Shown: positions 25,471 to 39,551 of the stretch, piece by piece
Numbering within the stretch: the first letter of the stretch is position 1
Layout of the letters: the number at the start of each line of letters is the position of its first letter
Source of the DNA: Octopus sinensis
Taxonomy: Eukaryota
DNA length: 64,000 nt
Direction: 5' to 3'
Assembly (NCBI RefSeq): GCF_006345805.1
Contig: NC_043005.1
Span: forward strand, 81,034,001 to 81,098,000
Program-made: the position numbers and the translations under genes
The notes under the pieces: model-generated
The model's database searches: none
Told to the model about the DNA's origin: nothing
Seen by the model: only the letters and a program-made list of their open reading frames with translations

Positions 25471-26269
25471 ATTTCATCCAAAAATATTAAGTAGAAGAAT
25501 ATTCATATAGATATAACTCTATAAAAATCTACAGCTTCCTTATAGGGATTATATATTCGTACTCATAGAGATGTGTATGTCTTTTTACAGAAACTAGCCG
25601 ATTGTTCATTGTGTTATATGTACACTCGAGTGTTGGAAAATTGATAAATCTCGTCCTTTAATATTTCTATAAACGTTTTTGAAAATGCACACCATCGGTT
25701 GCGATCGAGTCTGCTAGAAATCTTAGTATTTCTGTTAAAATATCTTACATCTACAAGTGGTAATTAAGTTATCACGTGAAACAAATGTTTCCAAGATTTC
25801 ATTATGTCCAATATATCAAAAATTCGATTTAGTCCAACAACACGTGTTTTCTTTATTTTTTTTGGCGCGTAACATATGGATAAATCAATGATTTGTAAGG
25901 AAAATAGAAAATGGTTTCTTATGACAAACATCTTTTCAAGTACAGTCACATAAAATATTTTCATGACTTGTACCAAATATTTCGAAAGGCAATATCGAAT
26001 TTTACCAATCTAATTTTCGTAAAGAAGACAACTATATCAGCTCCCACTTGGGAGTGTTATGACTAAAATATGTAGAAAACCAATACAGTAGACAGCATTC
26101 TATTTCGTTTCGGGTTCAGACCCTTTTACTATCAATAAATTAAATATTACCAAATTTTTGAGACTGTACATTGAAAATACACTTACCTATTATTTTAGTT
26201 GTCCACTTTGATTCCTTAAAAAAGTGTTTCTCCTCCAATAGTACGCGTGGGAGTAAAGGTGCGTGGCTT

Positions 26270-26577
26270 AGTGGTTAGGGCATTTGGTTCACGATCTGAA
26301 GGCCGTGAGTTCGAATCCCAACGACGTGTTCTGTCCTTGAACGAGATATTTTATTTCACGTTACTCCAGTACACTCAGCTGGCAAAAATGAGTAGCACCT
26401 GTATTTCAAAGATCCAGCCTCGCCACACACTTTGCCCCTCTGAATCTTCCTAAGTACTACGGTAAGTGTATACATGTCTGTGGAGTATTCAACCACATGC
26501 CCGTTAATTTCACGAGTAGGTCGTTCCGTTGATCGGAACAAATGAAATCCTTGTAGTTTTAACAGACAGGGTGCCAA
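26270..26577 (+). mobile_element. tRNA-derived SINE, third family (second copy at 38820-39130)
   Basis: A-box TGGCTTAGTGG, B-box GAGTTCGAATCCC, body CAGCTGGCAAAAATGA..GTTAATTTCACGAGTAGG shared with the minus-strand copy. Confidence 0.85.
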
Positions 26578-26620
26578 TACCTACGGAAACATTTGGTACC
26601 TATTTTACTTGGATATATCT

Positions 26621-26852
26621 ATTTCTTTATTTCCCACAACGGGCTAAACATAGAGGACACAAACAAGGACAGACATAGGTATTAAGTCGATTACATCGAC
26701 CCCAATGCGTAACCGGTACTTAATTTATCGACCCCGAAAGGATGAAAGGCAAAGTCGACCTTGGCGGGTTTGAACTCAGAACGCAACGACAGACGAAATA
26801 CGGCTACGCATTTCGCCCGGCGTGCTATCGTTTCTGCCAGCTCGCCGCCTTG
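26621..26852 (-). mobile_element. Young full-length Nin/Deu-like SINE
   Basis: Perfect 18-bp TSD TTTTACTTGGATATATCT (26603-26620, 26853-26870). Confidence 0.95.
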
Positions 26853-28939
26853 TTTTACTTGGATATATCTTCCCAGCTAGTCATCCGATGTTTAGAAAAA
26901 TAATTTTACAATTATCATTAGGAACTGTAAGGACAAATTGTTAAAATCGTTAGTGTATTCTAGAAATAGAACCAATTAATTGTAAGTGTCACCAATTTAT
27001 TAACAACAAAACCGTATATGGACTCCGGTTGAAAAGCGTTGTTTTAAAATGCGATTGCGGATGAGTGGGAGAAATTTCAATGCTTTTCACTTCTAATGTT
27101 ACATCACATGTTGACATCTGACCAGCGCTGATTCAGCTTGAAACTGCTGGTTGTGTATTTTCTATTTATCGTTTTAGAGTTGTTAATTTACGAACTTGCC
27201 TTATAGTCAAATAATTAGCTCCTAAATTCTTTCACGGAAACAGCTTCAAATTGAAAACTAAATTTTTGTTTAGTTTTCTTGTTAGCAAAGTTAAATGCCC
27301 AAAATATTTGCACCTGGATTAAATTGTTAATTGTGTACCATTTTTCGCAAAATATTATGCTCAGTTATTTCAATTTATCTAAATATTAAGCTGATATTAA
27401 GCATTTTTCAGTACATATAGTAGTCTTCTGAAACTGTGTTTTGGTTTAAGAAAATAAGGCGATGACACTACAGTTTTCCATTAGGGACAGACCATTATAT
27501 ATTTGAGTGACTGCGTCGATACTGTGGAAGAACTAATAAAGTTCACTTCAAAATTGTTTGGCGGGAGAGTTTATGAACCGTTTACAAGGCTTCTATGATA
27601 TGTGGAAAGGATAGGGAAAGACATGCTGTATCTGTATATGTTGCATGAATGTTTGAAAATTAGTGTATGCCACTAAAAGCACCCAAAATGTCACGCCGTG
27701 TTTTTAGCTGGGGTATAGGTTAAATCTACCACTTAAGTAGGCCATGGCGTGATTTGAACTCAGGATTCAATGTGCCTGAGCAAATACCGCAAGATATCCG
27801 AAGTTCTTACAATCCCACCAAGACCTTGCACTGCACAACGCATTTTTTATCGATCTCGAAGAGATGAAAAGAAAAGTTTGCATGGCGAATTATGTATACT
27901 TCTATTAAGGCAAACTCTCCTCTGATATTTGTCACTCAACTATCACGAAAATAACTGTTAATAAATGAAGCATTTAATTATATATATGGACAAATCTCTC
28001 TAATGTGTAGCTTACTGCCAAGTCTTTATAATTATTATGATTTTTATGCTATAGCGATCGATAAAAGTCAAGCATTCTGATCAATATATTCGGCTGGTCC
28101 ATACCAGATATATAAATAACTGCTCCCTCTCCTCACATTTCTGGCCATCTGCCTATGTAAGAGATTTTGATTATTATTGGGGCTACATCGGAATGGGCAA
28201 TGAATCGCTTAGTAATAAAAGTTGAAACAATATCCATTAAGATACTTAATGTTTCTGCGTTCTCAGAACCATTTGCCCTTTAATAAAACAAGTATTATTT
28301 AAAACATTAGCATTTAAAGCAGCCATATCCGACCAGCATATTGTTTATAGTTCAAACTAGCCATATCTGGGTTCGTGCATTTTACAATTTCATTCTAAAT
28401 GTAAACCATTACACAATTGAAATCTCAAAGCAACGAGAAAACGCATGATTAATTAAAAGCAAGGTGGATAAATAAGTATTACATTTGATTGTAATCTGAA
28501 TGCGAAAGAGTAAAATTTATATAGTTTTGTCTCCACAAAAGTTAACGACTTGAGCTTTCACTAACGTTCATGTCTTTTCAGTGTCCTGCTGTGTAAAATC
28601 AAACTGTATTGTGATTCGAACTTCCACGCGTTACAATTAAATTTCTCTAGGGTTATCGTGGACTTTCGATTTTAATAAATTAACTCAGAATTACAGCCTG
28701 AAAAATTCCCAGAAGAACGATGCTCTAGCAACAGTGGAAGAGCTGTACCTATGTTGGTTAAAATATATTAATAATGGTTTGTGATTGAGGGACATGAGGA
28801 GAGGGACAGATAAGCTTAACCAAGGCGTGATAAGAACCCAGTGTGTAATATGTCAGAACAAATAACGCAACAAATTTTTTTCCTGATAATCTAATGATGG
28901 TGCCAACTCCCTGCACAAGCTGCCTTCCTAAATAATCAT

Positions 28940-29148
28940 TTCTACTACAGGTACAGAATCTGGAATTTTAGGGTAAGGAGGTAGTCGATTACATCATCTC
29001 CTTGCTCATTTGATTTGATTTTATTAATCCTGAGAGGATGAAAGGCAAAGTCAATATCGGCGGAATTTGAACTTAGAACATATAGACCGGCAAAATATCG
29101 TTCCGCATTCTGTGCGGCGTGCTAACGATTCTGCCATCCCACCGCCTT
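28940..29148 (-). mobile_element. Older Nin/Deu-like SINE
   Basis: GGATGAAAGGCAAAGTC..CGGCGGAATTTGAAC..GGCGTGCTAACGATTCTGCCA. Confidence 0.85.
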
Positions 29149-29384
29149 AGCTCTGTGTTTTTGGTTATCATTTCAATCATAATCACAAGGCTTGGAATTT
29201 TGGGACTATAATATACAAGAACATTTTTTTGCAAAATTCTTTGTCATTCATCATTTCGGGGTCCATGATATAAGTAACAGTTACCTACTGGGTCCGATGC
29301 AATAGATTATGTCCATACTCCAATATTTAAAGCCCTGTAGAAAGGATAATAATAATTATCATTCTTTTAACTCAGATTTTGTTG

Positions 29385-29940
29385 GGACGCCTGGAATCTT
29401 GCATGGAGTAGCGGTCTTGCTACCTGCAGCCTACGGTGTCGTGCTATTTGTTCTCTTCAACTATTTCAAACTTTCCTAATGATTCTGGTCGTGCCAAGAA
29501 GCCAAACTTTATATAACAGCTTTACGGGGCACTCTATTCTCATTTCCTGTGTGTTCCAAGGCTCCAGTAATAACCGGCACTACCTTCACCTTTTTTTTAA
29601 ACTTCCGTTGTCCAGTTATCTTTTATTTCATAGGATTGCATAATTCAACATTCTCACGTTACTTTTAACTAGCCATAAATCAATTGGGTATGCAATGTCA
29701 ATTATAGAGGGCATGTGGTTTATTTGTTCCACCATTACTAGGCCCGGTTTGCTGCGATCAAGTCCATGGTCTATTTGAATTGAACAATCCCACAGGAGTT
29801 TTCAAGTTTCGGTTGAGTCACTCTCTGTGATTTGTGGTAATGCCATCTCTAACCCCTGGTACTGTACCTGTAGTAGAAAGGATTACTTAGGAAGACAGCT
29901 TGTGCAGAGAGTTGGCACCACCATGAGATTATCGGAAAAA
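29385..29940 (-). mobile_element. Old R4/Dong-clade LINE 3' relic
   Basis: Minus strand LWDCSIQID..KPGLV, IIDIAYP, VVPVITGAL, LLGTTRIIRKV, a decayed restriction-like endonuclease (REL) region. Confidence 0.75.
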
Positions 29941-30042
29941 ATGCATTGCGTTATTTGTTCTGACATATTACAGTTTCCAATGCAGGACTTTTGTTACCTC
30001 ATTGTATAACCAGAACTTCTACTACTATTTTTATTATAATTA

Positions 30043-30601
30043 TTGAATGAGAGAGCAGTGCATGCCATCAAAGTGACAATGGGGTACAAATATATGAAGC
30101 CCAGTATACCCATCATGACTACCCGTCTCATAAGGGTACATCAGACACATGCATCACAACCATATGTGTGCGACATGGTGATCTCATATCAAGATAAACT
30201 GCACATGACCTTGCAGGTGCGGCTCAGATGGAATTTTCTTCTAGTCGAGTAACCCATTCCGCTCAAAAGTCCCTAAATAAGGATTGTTTAAGGATTTTGA
30301 ATGAAACACCTATGTTTCCAAATGTGAATTATCCAAACCTCCAAGAATTCCTTTCAACACACGGCTATGATGCTCCCCCACTACTTCTGCTCGTGATCAG
30401 ACATGCACATATCGTCAGCCACTAAGGGACATGGTCAAATGACCAAGGTCAAACAAATGACACGCAAATCTGTGGTATTGAGCTGAATATTTGCTGTAGC
30501 CCATCTTTTATACCAAGATAAAACAATGTACATGATAACACTTCCAATCAGTTAAGATCAGAAGCTATGAGAGCCACTGCATTGTACTGCGTCAGAGCAT
30601 T
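30043..30601. repeat. ~560-bp non-coding interspersed repeat flanked by (TTA)n on both sides
   Basis: Homologous to 18726-19310; no convincing ORF; TTA repeats at both ends. Confidence 0.75.
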
Positions 30602-31527
30602 TATTATTATTATTGTTGTTGTTGTTGTTATTATTATTATTATTATTATTGACCCTCTAAAATTTAGTTGTTGGCCTTGTTCCATTCTTAGAAGAATTGT
30701 TACTACTATACACAGGGTAGTGGATTGGTTGACTCATTGAAGCGGTGGGAATGAAACTTGTGTTCTGACATTTTGCGATTTTAGTTCAAATTGTGATGAG
30801 GTGAAAGTTTACCTTGTATCTTCCCACGATCGATATCATACAGAAGGATTCAAGTTACAGGTGCTCAGATCATCAAAAGAACCGCTTCCTAGGAAATTGC
30901 TGGCCTTGTACCTAAATTGAATATTATTGAGATCCCTACATCCGTTTACTAAGTTTTGCCAGTTATAAACCCTCGTTAGTTTTTTAAAATTATTTTAATC
31001 CTCTGTTTCATTGCATTTGATTTTCAGATTACTACATTGATAAAATCGGTGGTGTACCGAATAAGTGGCTTACGTCATTAATTTTTAATATTTCAAGTTC
31101 AAGGTTTATATTCCACAAATATCAATGTATCCAGGTCCTTTTTTATAAAAAGAAAATCTACCTGTTGGTTTAGCATGGTGTTAGCATTTGGTAAACCCTG
31201 TTCGATCAGTGATATTTTCGAAGATATCCCAGCCATTTTGATACCCTATTTAATTTTAGGCATATTATATCCAGCCCTACTTACCTTGTGTAAAATTGCT
31301 GGAAAATTTCAGTTGTTAGTCTGTTAGACTGAGTCAATCTATAGATTTTTCATTGTTTAAACGTGCCAACACGTGCTGCCATTGATTTATGGAATCATCC
31401 GTTAATATTAGAAGCCATTATATTCAATCGGGCTTCATTCGGACTCTAAATTATTAGTTTTTAGTTGCAACACACTATGTAAGCATCTCGGTGATCTACA
31501 CTTGATCGAATTCCCTTCCGATTTCCC

Positions 31528-31552
31528 TACTACTACTACTACTACTACGACA

Positions 31553-31604
<52 letters not shown>

Positions 31605-31648
31605 ATACAACTACTACTACTACTACTGCAACTAATACTACTACTACA

Positions 31649-31688
<40 letters not shown>

Positions 31689-31850
31689 TGCTACTATCAC
31701 TATACTACTACTATACTACTAGTATACAACTACTATACAACTACTACTCTACTACTACTACTTCTACTACTACTTCTACTACTACTGCTGCTGATACCAC
31801 CACCAACAACATCCACTACTACTACTATTACTATTACTACAACTACTACA
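31528..31850. repeat. (TAC)n compound microsatellite
   Basis: Read directly; source of the poly-Thr pseudo-ORF. Confidence 0.98.
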
Positions 31851-32829
31851 AAAGTGATATTAATGTTCGTATCTGACTGTGCGCGATCTCTTGAGCATTA
31901 CTTACTCTCCCGTCTCTTAAAATCTCGGTAGCGTTCTTAGGTCACCACATTCATCATTTCAAGTGATCTTTAATTTTCCACAATTTTTCTTCTCGGCAAT
32001 TCTCTTACAACGCATTTCTTTTTGCATTCGAAGGCATGCGACTTTTGAAGCAGAATAGCAAACACTTTGAACTTTCCATTTTCGATGAACTTGCACAACC
32101 ATGGGCATACTGCCATTGCATTTCTCAAGCAAAAGAAATGTCAATTTGGTTTCTAATATTTAAAGTATTGCCCGAGGGCATGCTTCTTCAATAAGTTTGC
32201 ATCTGAAAAAAACACCGCAAAAAATGAGGAAAGTAATGCGATTTAATGGTAAGAACGTAACGGCCTAGCAATAGTAAGCAAGGCGATTTAATGGGATGAA
32301 AGTAACAGCCTAGCAACAATGGAAGTTTCAAGAAGCGAAAATATAACACCCGGTGCTGATGAAAATCGGTTAAATTGATATCTACTTTCTCTACTGAGAA
32401 TCAGATTTTGGTAGAAATCCGTTGGTACTCAATGAGAAAGATTAAAGCCGCTCTAACGATAATCTGTATGGTACAAATTTACAGAGTACGGAAGCGGTCA
32501 TTAGGTCTTCTGTTCGATTTTTTTTGTCGGTTTTACAATTAACAATCAGTATTGAGGGAATGCGTGTTCAATTTCGGCAGCGCTGTATCTCATAAAACAA
32601 GCTGCGTTTGTTTTGTCTCAGTACGTTCGGCCGACATGTTAATTATCGTTGAATGCTAATGTGTAAAATATTTGACGAAGAAAGAATGAAGAGAAAATAA
32701 TAGCCTGTTAGACTACGGATGGAGGGCCAGGAATGTAAAAAAAACGCATTAAGTTTCAGTTAATAACCATACGACTGAATGTGTGTGTATGGGCGCGCTT
32801 TTGAGTGAGTGTTTGTTGAATGTTGGAGT

Positions 32830-34017
32830 TATCAGTCTTAGACATCACTTCATCGACGTCCAACAGTCGCCGCTAGCTTTATAATTGCTACACTTACAGG
32901 CGTTTATTCTTATTCTAAATACTTCAGATGCTTCGTATTCCAAATTTAACTTTCAAAAATTGCATTTCAATGAGAAATGAACAAGCTGCAGCTCACACCG
33001 CTGCTGCTGCTGCTACTACTACTACTACTAACTACTACTACTACTACTACTACCACTACTACTGCCACCGCCACCAACACCATCACCACTACAACTGCTG
33101 CTGCTTCTTTTGTTACAGACAATAACAACATGAGCAATAATAACAACAACAATAATAATAATAAGAAGAAGAAAAAGAAAAAGAAAAAGATGATGATGAT
33201 GATGATGAAGAAGAAGAAGAAGGAGGAGGAGGAGGAGGAGAAGAAGAAGAAGAAGAAGAAGATGAGGAAAAAGAAGAAGAAGAAGAAGAAGAAGAAGAAG
33301 AAGAAGAAGAAGAAGAAGAAGAAGAAGAAGAAGAAGAAGAAGAAGAAGAAGAAAACTCGTATGCAGTGAAGCATGGTGGAACGTTCAAACGAGAGCTAAA
33401 AGTAATATTATTCCCACAGTCACCAATAATTTCAAAGTGATCAATAAATCTAATCCATAATCTTTCTATATCTTTGGAAAACTGCAGACAATTAAAATAT
33501 CAGTAGAGCTAGCCATCTTGGCTTTCAAACATAGTCTGTGAGTCCATGTGTATCAAAGAATTTATGTGTGTTTGTGTATGAGAACAGGGGTGTGCAAGGA
33601 ATTTCTTATGAGTTTATGTGGTGTGTCTGTGCTTATATGTGTATGTGTGTGCCAGTTATTATATAGGCATGGTGTGAGTGTATGTACCGTCTGCTTACAT
33701 ATGTACATCTGAAGAAACACAATGCGTATTTTTAAGTATGTACAGGCGTTTTTATGTGACTGATTTTCATATAAGTATATGTGCCTATATGCGGTTGGCT
33801 TTCATGTAATTATCTGTGATTTAATATAGTGTTAATGTGGTGTCTTTGCGTAGAAAGATATGTCTATATATGTGCATGAGGGTGTGTTTACCTATATTTA
33901 TAACTGCATTTATGGAAACAGCTTGCATGTATGCGCATGTCTTGGTATAATAAAAAATGAAAAATGTAGGTCGCCTTATGTATATATTGTACATATATTA
34001 TATAGCTGCCTGTCTAC

Positions 34018-34072
<55 letters not shown>

Positions 34073-34073
34073 A

Positions 34074-34138
<65 letters not shown>

Positions 34139-34139
34139 G

Positions 34140-34178
<39 letters not shown>

Positions 34179-34213
34179 CATCTGTCTATCTGTCTCTCTC
34201 TGTCACTCTCACT

Positions 34214-34280
<67 letters not shown>

Positions 34281-34555
34281 TATATTTGTGCATATATATA
34301 TGCACGGACATATTTCTATGCGCACGTGCGTATGTCACTTTCTGCTTCCGTGTGAGCCATCATACGCCTATCAATATTCTGTGTGTATGATTGCGTGATG
34401 TCTTAGTAGATATGTGAAACCCTGTATGTATATATGAGTGCCTATGTACAAATAATTATAAATATGGGTGCAAGCTGTCATCTGAGCTTACCTGAATACA
34501 AATGCCTACATATGAGTATATGTGTATGATGTAAGTAGGAAATTGTGTATGTATG

Positions 34556-34589
<34 letters not shown>

Positions 34590-34686
34590 TGTATGTATGT
34601 ATGTATGTATAAACGTCTATACGTGTTGCAATTATAAAACTAGCAGCGACTGTTGGACGTCGATGAAGTGATGTCTAAGACTGATA
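32830..34686. repeat. 78-bp inverted repeat pair enclosing ~1.7 kb
   Basis: 32830-32907 versus the reverse complement of 34609-34686, about 6 mismatches; both outer ends read TA. Confidence 0.9.
32998..33353. repeat. Compound trinucleotide microsatellite ending in (GAA)n
   Basis: CTG/CTA/CAC/AAT/GAT/GAG/GAA runs. Confidence 0.98.
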
Positions 34687-35559
34687 TGTGTGTATGTATC
34701 TAGATATTTGATTTATATACGTGTAAATGCGTACACGCATCCAGGTATGTGTCTGGAAATATGCACATGTTTACATGTATGTGCACAAGAAACGGTATGC
34801 ATAAGTGTATGCATGATTAAGTATACGCCTGGATGATTGAGAACGAGTCTGAAGGAATTTCTATTCGTGTGTGCATATAATATCGATTTTGTAGTGTATA
34901 TTTTTCTAATGAAACAGGACTTTGCATGAATATATGTTCATATGTTTTTCAGTAAATTTAAGTTTTTACAGCTCGTAAGCGTCAGCATGTGTGTATACTT
35001 GTGCGTGCGTGTACGTCTCACAAATTTATTTCATAAGTATTATACTTGAAAGCTCGTGCGTGCACAAGTATGTGTGCAGTTGTGTGTGTATATTCTCTTG
35101 AGAATATATACACACACATCCTAGTGTGCTTATGTGTGTTTGTTCACGGATGCCATATATGTTTTATCATTTACGTGCATGAAGGCGTGCACAAGTCTTT
35201 ACTTTGTGTATGCGTATGTAAGAAATCAATATGTTCGTGTATAGCGTTGTCTATGGAGGAATTGGTGCGAATGCATGTGTATGTGTACGTCATATTCGTC
35301 CTACCTTTATCGTATATGCGCCCGGCTGAAAAATGTGTCAATAGTGGGGCATATTGAGTACACGTGTCTGTGTGTATGGGTGCGTGTGTTCGTGCGTATT
35401 TTCTCCTGCATCAGTGTGTCCGTCTAAACGGATGTTTGTATATGCGTGCCTGCGAGAGTATAGCGATATCCGTCGTCTCTTCTTATTACTTTACTTGTAT
35501 AGATTTTAATCTCCCAGGGAAAGAAATCATGCGCAAAAAGACAAAACAAAAACAATACA

Positions 35560-35617
35560 CAAATAATAATGATATTAATAATAACAATAATGACAACCTC
35601 AATAACAATCATAACAA

Positions 35618-35656
<39 letters not shown>

Positions 35657-35672
35657 TACTACTACTACTACT

Positions 35673-35703
<31 letters not shown>

Positions 35704-35964
35704 TAATGATAATAGTAATAACACTACTACTACTACTTCTACTAACAACAGCAATAATGATAATAATTATGATCATAATAATGATGATAATAATAATGAT
35801 CATAATAATGATAATGATAATAATAATAATATAATAATAATAATAATATAATAATAATAACAATAATGATAATAGTAATAACACTACTACTACTACTTCT
35901 ACTAACAACAGCAATAATGATAATAATTATGATCATAATAATGATGATAATAATAATGATCATA

Positions 35965-35995
<31 letters not shown>

Positions 35996-36019
35996 TGATA
36001 ATAATAATAATAATAATAA

Positions 36020-36050
<31 letters not shown>

Positions 36051-36666
36051 AAGAAGAAGAAGAAGAAGAAGAAGAAGAAGAAGAAGAAGAAGAAGAAGAA
36101 GAAGAAGAAGAAGAAGAAGAAGAAGAAGAAGAAGAAGAAGAAGAAGAAGAAGAAGAAGAAGAAGAAGAAGAAGAAGAAAAAGAGGAGGAGGAAGAAGGAT
36201 CAATAATAAATACAAGAATAAAAATAAGTGCAAACACTCAAGAAATAAAATACTAATAAAAAAAATCAAGCGAAAAAATTTAAGATTAGCTATAAAAAAT
36301 TTAGAAACCGCAACAAACAACACAAAGATAATAAAGAAATAAACGTATAAAAAAAACAGGTAATATCCAATTACTATTAACCTGTCGAAGAAAATAATCA
36401 ACAAGGAAACAGTAACGGCTTTGTCCGTATAGATTTCTCAGAGAAATATTAAATCGGCCAGATAAAACAATGTTATTAAGCGTCGGATTAATCAGCAAAA
36501 TGCACTGAAAACATATTTTGAATAAAAAAAACTTCCATTAATATTATTATTATTATTATTAATATTATTATTATTATTATTATTATTATTATGATTATTA
36601 TTATTATTATTATTATTGTTATTATTGTTATTGTTGTTGTAATTGTTGTTGTTGTCGTTATTGTTG

Positions 36667-36735
<69 letters not shown>

Positions 36736-36960
36736 TTATTATTATCATTGCCGTTATTGTTGAATTTTATATTTAGTATTATTTTTGTGAGTATTGTTTT
36801 TATTATTATTCTCATCATTATCTTCATCTTCATTCTCATCCCCATCCTTCTCCTCCTCATCACTATTATTATTCTTGTTGTTGTTATCATTGCTTTTACA
36901 TTTTTATTACCAATATTATTATTATTGTTTTTATTTTATCATTGATATTATATTTTATTT
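35560..36960. repeat. Compound (AAT)/(TAC)/(GAA)/(ATT) microsatellite field with a 160-bp tandem duplication
   Basis: CAATAATGATAATAGTAATAACAC at 35701 and 35861; uninterrupted (AGA)n at about 36021-36178. Confidence 0.95.
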
Positions 36961-37009
36961 TATTCTATATTATCTACTTTGTATTTTCTTAGATATTTAA
37001 TTTTTCCCC

Positions 37010-37046
<37 letters not shown>

Positions 37047-38819
37047 CTAGCATTTGCTTCCTATTTCTTATTCATTTTTCTCTCATCATTGTAATGAATT
37101 TTTTTTCCATTCGCATTGAAAAATGAATATTCAAATGAAACTTAACTGGAAAACGTTTGTTGAATATCCTAATGTAATTTCTTTCTTTAATATTGGTGTC
37201 TAGTTTTTATATTTATTATTAACTTTTTGTTCTGTTAGTAATTCAACTGTTTGCCCGTATTGTGCACTTTTATTAGATAGAGAGAATTTGGTCTAAAGTC
37301 AGATTTTAACTTTCTCGTTATTATTTTCATTCAGAAGTGCATTGAATTAAAAAAAAATGTCAGTATAGTCACGGGATATAAATCTTGCATTTTTGAGTTA
37401 CAGATTTCAAATTCGTCTAACGGTGATTTTGCCTTGACAAAGATAATGAAGTATTGGGGATTACACCACAAGGTTCAATCCTTGTGGTTTGGAGGCCCGT
37501 ATGCTTTTATGACCCGCACATCCATGTCAACCGACCGGAAGCTTTTTGTTATTTTCCCATGCTGGACTTGTCAAAAGATAGAAGCCAGATTAATATGGAC
37601 CACAGCTTCCCAGAGATAAACATGAGAATGTATTTTCTTTTGTGAGTATATATACACAAGTATTCAAGTATACATGTGGCGTATGTATGTGTGCGCTTGT
37701 ATGAATGCCATATATGTTTTATCATTTATGTGCATGAAAGCACGTATAAGTCTCTTCTTATATGAGTATGCGTATATGTGTATAAATCTATGCATATGTT
37801 TGTGTATACTTGTGTCTTCCTTGAAAAAGTTACAGAAACCTCGAAGAAAATTCAAAATTCTAACAACTTGGGAAAGGAGAGAAGCAAAAAAATACAGCTC
37901 GGTATCGAGGACAGTGGAGACAAGTTGCCGATGGTCTATTCTCCATAGTGATTTCACACTTAAGATAGTACGGGATTGATTTAATATCTCGTTTGTTATA
38001 TATTTGAGATCAAATTCTGTTGTTTTTCAAGCTTTGACTCTGAAGTGTTTTTGATGTTCTTCAAACCTACAACGTTCACATAAAAGACTCGGATGGATAC
38101 CTTTGTTGGAAAACAAGCTAAATAACCCAGACGTGGGTGCTTTGTTCCCTATCAACATCATTTACTTTGTCTTCCAGGAACATTTGTTGTTTTGGTTGTT
38201 GTTTAACAGCAGGACAGCTCTGGTTTAACAGAAGTGTGCTAAAGGTGCATATGAGTGCATGTATACATAATTGTATATACAGCTGTCTCTATACATGAAT
38301 ACGTATAAATGTAAGAATGTGTATGTAAATATCGCCATGTTTAGATATATGGCTCTGTACAAGGTATTATATACATATGTAGACACAGGATGTGCATTAA
38401 TGCTATTTTATCTGTGTCAAACCCATTTAGTTCCTAATCGTATATTTCGGATTACATTTTAGAGCGCATCATACTTTTTTAAGAACGTTAGATTTGAGTT
38501 GTTCTGAACGTAAGCCTACGTACCCCTAAATGTACCTACCCACATTAAATGTATATCTCTCCTCAAATATTCCTCCAATTCTTGTTATGTACACATTCAA
38601 CATTTTGAGAGCCTTATCAGCACGATTACCTGCATCTATAACTTGGTTATAACAAACTTGTTTCGTTGATATTTCTACTGATACGTAACCAAGACAAACA
38701 TCTCATATGATTATAAATAAATTCTAAATCAGCTACCATTCAGTGTGTAGGGTATAAAAGTGGGCATAGAACGTGTGTGAAAATGAACAACCAACTAGTT
38801 GATTAACCATTTACAACGC

Positions 38820-39130
38820 TTTGGCAGTCCGTCAGTCACCACGAAAAGTGTTCCAGTTAATTCGATTAACGGAACAACCTACTCGTGAAATTAACGTGCA
38901 AGTGGCTGAGCATTGCGCAGACAAGCGTACCCTTAAAATAGCTCTCAAGAAGATTCAGCGTGACACAGAATGTGGCAAGACTGGCCCTTTGAATCACACC
39001 TACAATTCATTTTTGCCAGCTGCGTGGATTGGAGAGATGTGAAATAAAGTGTCTTCTTGAAGGACTCAAAGTGCAGCTAGAGCTCGAAATCACAACCTCA
39101 CAACCGTCAGCCAAATAACCTAACCATTAT
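38820..39130 (-). mobile_element. Third-family SINE, degenerate
   Basis: Reverse-complement homolog of 26270-26577. Confidence 0.8.
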
Positions 39131-39483
39131 GTCACCATCAGATTCATTATCAGAGAAGACAATACCTAAACATACCGAGACAGGAGGCAGAAATGAGGCA
39201 ACATATTAGCGTTCATTAAAAACCCAGATTGGCGTGAATCTGTAAACATTCTAAGGCTATGCAACGATAAAAGCAAAATTACTCAGGATATAAATATATA
39301 GCTCCTCAGCTTCATCGTTACGAATGTTGCGCTGTGTGTGTATGGATATTCAGAAATAGCTACTCATAACAGATAAAATAAATTTCCATGATTTAACTAA
39401 CTGCCGCCTGTCAATTTCGGGGTGGTGACCGGGCAAGAACGATTTATGATTATACACACTGCATTTGAAGATAATATATATAA

Positions 39484-39551
<68 letters not shown>

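Larger units (their letters stand above)
20170..27465 (+). pseudogene. Toll-like receptor pseudogene (multiple-cysteine-cluster type) broken up by at least 7 TE insertions
   Basis: Motifs in the expected order between insertions: LRRNT CECQYPLRYIHFDCSD/RNL (~20255-20310); GNQLRS; NNFEDIIKEGFYDLETLKL (~21685); LELHLSG; TKLHLSKC (~22697); IQNLSFTG*NPY and RINIDNISC..HLCQ..C (24990-25195); VYGLRL..RNFNAF..QLETAG (27010-27150, juxtamembrane/TIR box1); VFWFKKIRR (27436-27462, TIR box3-like). Confidence 0.6.

Noticed and set aside
26270-26345. tRNA gene (also other A/B-box heads)
   Set aside because: The heads run into SINE bodies and I cannot fold a complete cloverleaf.
31959-32210. Exon-like minus-strand block, faintly like a pogo/Tigger N-terminal HTH
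   Set aside because: In-frame stop and only vague similarity; cannot be assigned.
32237-32320. 45-bp tandem duplication with CCTAGCAAC (X-box-like half sites)
   Set aside because: Does not match a full RFX palindrome and there is no associated gene start.
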